64,000 nt of DNA from Fimbriimonadales bacterium (GTDB lineage: Bacteria; Armatimonadota; Fimbriimonadia; Fimbriimonadales; JABRVX01). The notes beneath the pieces were generated by a model. The model saw only the letters and a program-made list of their open reading frames with translations, had not been told where the DNA came from and searched no databases. Location: the NCBI GenBank assembly GCA_045862955.1, contig BTVI01000004.1:1-64000 (forward strand). Direction: 5' to 3'. Made by a program: the position numbers and the translations under genes. This document shows, piece by piece, positions 59,369-64,000 of the stretch (positions within the stretch are counted from its first letter, which is position 1; every line of letters starts with the position of its first letter).

Positions 59369-60127
59369 CTAGTAGCGGGCTGGGTTCGGTCTTTCGGTAG
59401 GTTTCCCCTCGGTCTTGGAAAACACTACGTCGGTGCGGACCGCTCGGGAGACGAAGGAGAGCTTAGCCTCGCGCCAATCCGCCGGAGCCGAGCGAACGTC
59501 GAAGCGCAGGAGCCACGCGGCAGCGAAATAGGGGCCCCGCGGCACGTAGGCCTGGTGGAACCCAGGACGGTCGGGCTCATCGAAGTACAAGCTTGCAGCC
59601 AGCCCGAAGGGATAGTCGGAGGCCACCCGCTCGTTGTCGCCCGAGAGCCTCTCCACGAGGCGGGCCTCCTTCAGCGGGCAGGTGGAGCCGTCCAGGGCCA
59701 GCGATGCCGTCAGCTTCTCCAATCCCCACCTATCTGCCCTGGTTTCGGCCTCGCGCGTCACGGGTGTCAATTTGGGGAATGCGGTCAGGAGCAGCACGAC
59801 TACGAGTTCGCCTTCGTGAGCTCTCGACCACTCGGTCCAAAGCCGAAGCGCCTCTTCTGCAGTGCGCAGCTCTCGACCGGTCTGATATCCTAGCCACTCC
59901 GAGGCGCACTCGGGGGTCAACAGCCAAGCCCACTGGCTGTGCCGCTTCGCGATGCCGTCGAACCACAGGCCCGCAGGCTGGCGCCAGCCCTTCCCGACCT
60001 CGGCGATCCCGTTCCGCGAGGCAGCGAGACGCTGCCCATGTTCGAACGCATCTTGGATGGGGGCGCCGGGCCACACAGGCCCGCCGGCCTGGGCCAGGAC
60101 GAGGGCGGCGAAGAGAGGAACGAGCAT
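59369..60127 (-). CDS. Hypothetical exported protein
   Basis: Short signal-like N-terminus, 252 aa, fills the gap upstream of the aro operon. Confidence 0.6.
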   Translation of the reverse strand: MLVPLFAALVLAQAGGPVWPGAPIQDAFEHGQRLAASRNGIAEVGKGWRQPAGLWFDGIAKRHSQWAWLLTPECASEWLGYQTGRELRTAEEALRLWTEWSRAHEGELVVVLLLTAFPKLTPVTREAETRADRWGLEKLTASLALDGSTCPLKEARLVERLSGDNERVASDYPFGLAASLYFDEPDRPGFHQAYVPRGPYFAAAWLLRFDVRSAPADWREAKLSFVSRAVRTDVVFSKTEGKPTERPNPARY

Positions 60128-60227
60128 ACATTGTTCATTGTCGCCCTCAGGGGGTGCGACCCCCAGTGTGTCGTCGCACGTCTAAATACAATGAGCCATG
60201 AGTAGGAGGGGAGGTTGGGTCACTGGC

Positions 60228-60499
60228 GACGTCACTCGCAGCCTGACGTCATGCTTGGCCAGACGTCACGCTGAGACTGAGCTCATGCTGAGCCCGACCT
60301 CATGCTGAGAGGGGCGGCATCCTGAGTCCGACGTCGCGCTGAGCTAGACGTCATGCTGAGCCGGACCTCATCCTGAGAGGGGCGGCATCCTGACTCCGAC
60401 GTCGCGCTGAGCTAGACGTCATGCTGAGCCGGACCGCATGCTGAGAGGCACGTCATCCTGAGCCAGACGCCGCGCTGAGCTAGACGTCATGCTGAGCCT
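60228..60499. repeat. Minisatellite: 16 tandem 17-bp units (consensus GACGTCATGCTGAGCNN) with 68-bp higher-order repeat
   Basis: Units start at 60228, 60245, ... 60483 with no indels; units 5-8, 9-12 and 13-16 repeat as a block. Confidence 0.92.
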
Positions 60500-60703
60500 G
60501 TCGAAGCATGGGACCGTTTGCCGCACGTTTTCGGATTTACTAGGCGGCTCCGGCACTCACAGAAGCATGCTTCGACAGGCTCAGCATGACGGATGAGCAG
60601 GACACGTTGCTCGTGCGGCCGCATGCTTCGACAGGCTCAGCATGACGGATGAGCAGGACACGTTCCTCGTACAGCCGCATGCTTCGACAGGCTGAGCGTG
60701 ACG
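60485..60703. repeat. CGTC-tagged REP-like cluster: one forward and three inverted copies
   Basis: CGTCATGCTGAGCCTGTCGAAGCATG at 60485-60510; exact reverse complement at 60566 and 60622, variant at 60678 (56-bp period). Confidence 0.88.
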
Positions 60704-60804
60704 GTCCCAGACGGCCGCAGGCGCTCACTGACCCACTTTTTGCGAGTGGTGAGGGATAGAATCGGTGTCGGCGCTGCGCCATATTCACGCGAGGGGTGTT
60801 AGCC

Positions 60805-61725
60805 ATGAACTGCCCGAAGTGCGGACAAGACAATCAGCCCGGTTCGAGATATTGCATTCACTGCGGTGCGGCACTAAGCGCTCAGGCCGCGGCACCGGCC
60901 CAGCAGCCGGAGGTGCGAGAGCGTCCCGCTGCGGCCAAGGCCTCGGGGATGCCCATGGGTACGAAGGTGGCGCTCGCTATCGGGGCCCTTGCCGTCATCC
61001 TCGTAGCGGGCATCCTTATCGGCAAGTACGGCCCATGGCAGGCGAAGGCCAAGACGCAGGCAAGCGGCGTACTCCAGGCCGAGGGCAGCCAACCCCCTAC
61101 CGGCATGCTGCAGGCACAAGGCTCTAAGCCTCCCACCGGCATCGCCCAGGCCGAGGGATCCCCTCCACCGCAGCGGAAAGTGATGCCAGACGACATTCGC
61201 AAGTGGCTCGAGCACCTCGAGCGCATCGAGAAGCAGCGGGTGGACATGTCGAAAGACCAAGTGTCCTCGCTGATGGTAGTGATGACCAAGCTGTCGGTCT
61301 CGGGCGGTGCAGAGAACTTGGAGCGGATCATGGCCGGCGAGGATCCTAAGGCCCCGCACGAGGACCTGTCGGCCCAGGCCAACTCGATGCGTTCGGAGTG
61401 GAACGGACTAATCCAGCGATTCCGGTCGTTCCCACCACCGCAACGGTGTCGGCAGCTGGCTAACACGTACGACCGCGTGCTGGTAGGAACGTCGCTGTCT
61501 CTGCTCTCCGTTGCTGACGCCCTCGGAAAGGCATCCAGCGATCCCCAGGGTGCGATCTCGTCTCTGCAGCGAATGAAGGGGGAGTCGTATCAGTCGGTGG
61601 ATGTGCCTGCAGCTTCGTCTGACAACCAGCTGGCCGAGATATGCCGCGAGTACGATACGGACAAGTGGTTCGTGATCCACGCCGACATCGCCGGGCAGAT
61701 TGGGAGCATCGGTCGCGGCTTCTGA
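60805..61725 (+). CDS. Zinc-ribbon membrane protein with three 12-aa repeats
   Basis: CPKCG..CIHCG, one TM helix, repeats at 61063-61170; TAGAAT and GAGGGG upstream. Confidence 0.8.
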   Translation: MNCPKCGQDNQPGSRYCIHCGAALSAQAAAPAQQPEVRERPAAAKASGMPMGTKVALAIGALAVILVAGILIGKYGPWQAKAKTQASGVLQAEGSQPPTGMLQAQGSKPPTGIAQAEGSPPPQRKVMPDDIRKWLEHLERIEKQRVDMSKDQVSSLMVVMTKLSVSGGAENLERIMAGEDPKAPHEDLSAQANSMRSEWNGLIQRFRSFPPPQRCRQLANTYDRVLVGTSLSLLSVADALGKASSDPQGAISSLQRMKGESYQSVDVPAASSDNQLAEICREYDTDKWFVIHADIAGQIGSIGRGF

Positions 61726-61775
61726 ACCGTCGGTAGCGGCAGGCAGAACCCGGTTCAGCGGCGAAATGCGAACCT

Positions 61776-63524
61776 ATGCATCATCCTAGCCTCGGAGCTG
61801 CCCTGCTCGCCTCTGCCGAGAGGTACGGCGACAAGCCCGCGCTCATGCAGCGCGACGGCTCACGCTTCCTAACCCTCACCTATAGCAAGTTGCTCTCCCG
61901 TGCCCGCCAGGTCGCTTCTGCACTGGCTGCCTCGGGCATCGCGCCTGGCGATCGGATCGCACTGATGTCGGAGAACCGGCCGGAGTGGGCGATCCTGGAC
62001 TGGGGAGCTCAGCTCGCCGGCGTTGTGCTAGTGCCGCTCTTCCCCACCCTCGCTGCGCCTCAGGTCCGATACATCCTGAAAGACAGCGGGGCCAAACTGT
62101 TGTTCTGCGAGGACGCGGGGATCGTTGCCCGATGCGTGGCTGCGATCGAAGAGATGGACCCGAGGCCGGGGCTGGTGTCGATCGAACCAGCTCCCCCCGC
62201 GCAGTCGTTTGCAGACTTCCTTCGGGCAGGCGACGGACAGGACTTCCAGGTCGCCGATGCGCAGCCCGACGACCTGTGCACGCTCATCTACACGTCGGGG
62301 ACCACGGGTGACCCCAAGGGTGTCATGCTCACTCACCGCAACCTGCTGTCCAACATCGAGTCGTGCTTGGAGGCCCTCGACGTGGGGCCGGATGACGTCT
62401 TCCTCTGGACCCTGCCACTGAGCCACGTGTTCTCACGCATGGCGGCCCATTTCCTCCCTGTATTTTGCGGGGCGACCATCGTGTGCGGCAAGTCGCTGCG
62501 CACGCTCGCCGACGACATGCGGCTGGGACGCCCTACCGTGATGTTGATGGTCCCACGCTTCCTGGAACAGCTCAAAGCGAGGATCGAGGATGGCGCCGAG
62601 CGACTACCTCTGCTTCGAAGGGCGCTCTTCCGGTGGGCGCTATCCGTTGGGCTGCGCATGCCGCCTAAGGGCTCGAAACTGGAGCGCGCATCCCAGTGGC
62701 TGAGGTGGCAGAGCGCGGTAGCGGACATCCTAGTCGGTCGCAAAGTCCGATCTCGGTTCGGCGGGAGATTGCGCTTCGCGGTGTCGGGAGCGGCTGCGTT
62801 GCCGGTCGACGTATCCGCCTTCTTCAACGCGTTCGGCATCGTAATCTTGCAGGGATACGGCCTGACGGAGACATCGCCCGTGATCTCCGTGAACCGGCCG
62901 GATGCGAACCGTTTCGGCACCGTCGGCCCCCCGATTCCGGGCGTGGAGGTCCGGATTGCCGAGGACGGCGAGATACTCACTCGCGGTCCTCACGTGATGA
63001 AGGGCTACTATGGTCTGCCCGACGCTACTCGCGAGGTTCTGTCGCCGGACGGCTGGTTCGCGACGGGGGACGTAGGCGAGATTGACGAGATGGGCTACCT
63101 GCGCATTACGGACCGCAAGAAGGACCTGTTGGTGCTGGCGAACGGGAAGAACGTCGCGCCACAGCCCATCGAAGCACTGCTGAAGTCCTCACCGCTTATC
63201 GAGGAGGCGGTGGTGATGGGTGACGGGCAGCCGGTGGTCACGGCGCTCATCGTGCCCGACTTCGAGGCACTTCGGCGGGCAGCGGGCATCTCTGTATCCG
63301 ACCCCGCGGAAATGGTGTTGCTACCCGAAGTACAGACTTGCATGCGCGAGGAGGTCGACAACCTTTGCCGAGCGGTGGCAGATTTCGAGCGAGTGAGGCG
63401 ATTTGCCCTGCTGCCAGAGCGCTTTACGGTGGAAGGTGGCGAGCTCACGCCCACCCTCAAAGTGCGGCGTCGCGTTATCTACGAGAAGTACGGGAGCATC
63501 ATCGGGTCGCTACGAGGGGAGTGA
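61776..63524 (+). CDS. Long-chain fatty acid-CoA ligase
   Basis: IYTSGTTGDPKG, QGYGLTET, TGD, ITDRKKD, NVAPQPIE, LTPTLK. Confidence 0.94.
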   Translation: MHHPSLGAALLASAERYGDKPALMQRDGSRFLTLTYSKLLSRARQVASALAASGIAPGDRIALMSENRPEWAILDWGAQLAGVVLVPLFPTLAAPQVRYILKDSGAKLLFCEDAGIVARCVAAIEEMDPRPGLVSIEPAPPAQSFADFLRAGDGQDFQVADAQPDDLCTLIYTSGTTGDPKGVMLTHRNLLSNIESCLEALDVGPDDVFLWTLPLSHVFSRMAAHFLPVFCGATIVCGKSLRTLADDMRLGRPTVMLMVPRFLEQLKARIEDGAERLPLLRRALFRWALSVGLRMPPKGSKLERASQWLRWQSAVADILVGRKVRSRFGGRLRFAVSGAAALPVDVSAFFNAFGIVILQGYGLTETSPVISVNRPDANRFGTVGPPIPGVEVRIAEDGEILTRGPHVMKGYYGLPDATREVLSPDGWFATGDVGEIDEMGYLRITDRKKDLLVLANGKNVAPQPIEALLKSSPLIEEAVVMGDGQPVVTALIVPDFEALRRAAGISVSDPAEMVLLPEVQTCMREEVDNLCRAVADFERVRRFALLPERFTVEGGELTPTLKVRRRVIYEKYGSIIGSLRGE

Positions 63525-63573
63525 GGCCCACAGCCGGCGGCCCCGGATCCCCCGGGGTATAATCGGTCAAGAC

Positions 63574-64000
63574 ATGAATCGTCCCCCGCTGAGTGCGATT
63601 GACCACACTGTCGTATTTGGGATCCTGAACGTCACCCCGGATAGCTTTAGCGATGGAGGACTATTCGACGATCCCAAGCATGCCCTGGAGCAAGCGCTGC
63701 GAATGGAGGAAGAGGGCGCCGACGTCATAGACGTAGGAGGAGAGAGCACCCGCCCAGGCTCCGAGCCCATAGCCATCGAGGAAGAGATCCGACGCGTGGT
63801 CCCGGTCATCGAGTCCCTCTGTCAGACTCTTCGGATCCCGGTCTCCATAGATACTTACAAGCCCGAAGTTGCTAAAGAAGCAATCGCCGCAGGGGCCACG
63901 GTGATCAACGATATCACCGCACTACAGAAGCCCGCAATGGCCGAGCTGGCCGCTGCCTCGGGGTGCGACATCGTGCTGATGCACATGCAGGGCACCCCGA
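63574..64000 (+). CDS. folP: Dihydropteroate synthase (partial, runs off the window)
   Basis: Not in the ORF track; translates as GILNVTPDSFSDGG, DVGGESTRPG, SIDTYK, INDI, LMHMQG; TATAAT at 63558. Confidence 0.96.
   Translation, partial: MNRPPLSAIDHTVVFGILNVTPDSFSDGGLFDDPKHALEQALRMEEEGADVIDVGGESTRPGSEPIAIEEEIRRVVPVIESLCQTLRIPVSIDTYKPEVAKEAIAAGATVINDITALQKPAMAELAAASGCDIVLMHMQGTP

Noticed and set aside
60566..60703. Possible CRISPR array (26-bp repeat, 30-bp spacers)
   Set aside because: Spacers are near-identical, an inverted copy lies upstream, there are only three repeats and no cas genes; it fits a REP cluster
60540..60833. 97-aa minus-strand ORF with repeated ML-S-LSKH-like text
   Set aside because: Translation of the REP repeats, not a credible gene

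Overview
GC-rich bacterial chromosomal window, densely coding and mostly housekeeping. The gene content (PEP-CTERM proteins, TIGR03790-like protein, GspG-like pilins, rbfA-nrnA-truB cluster) is compatible with an Armatimonadota-like diderm; this is inference only. It holds the end of a type II secretion/type IV pilus operon, two DAHP synthase paralogues, eno, ruvAB, a lone gyrB, ylxP-rbfA-nrnA-truB, glycosyltransferases with an O-antigen-ligase/TPR protein, gdh, a eukaryotic-type citrate synthase, two secreted zinc peptidases, tRNA-Ser(UGA), pilT, two tandem PEP-CTERM paralogues, a single-chain restriction-modification enzyme, a four-lipoprotein run, the aroF-tyrA-aroA-cmk-plsC operon, an acyl-CoA ligase and the start of folP. 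Signals a standard annotation would miss: (1) a redoxin whose apparent TGA stop sits in a G-C-S-I-type motif and is followed by a SECIS-like hairpin (probable selenoprotein); (2) a ~330-nt structured, terminator-ended intergenic RNA candidate between gyrB and ylxP, and a second structured leader between eno and aroF; (3) a palindromic REP doublet inserted in frame into the R-M specificity domain; (4) a REP-derived 16x17-bp minisatellite with a 68-bp higher-order repeat; (5) tandem PEP-CTERM paralogues with different promoter classes (sigma70-like versus sigma54-like); (6) an aro-operon DAHP synthase with KPSTS in place of KPRTS; (7) recurrent leaderless-type promoters. All calls are by eye; no searches or folding programs were run.
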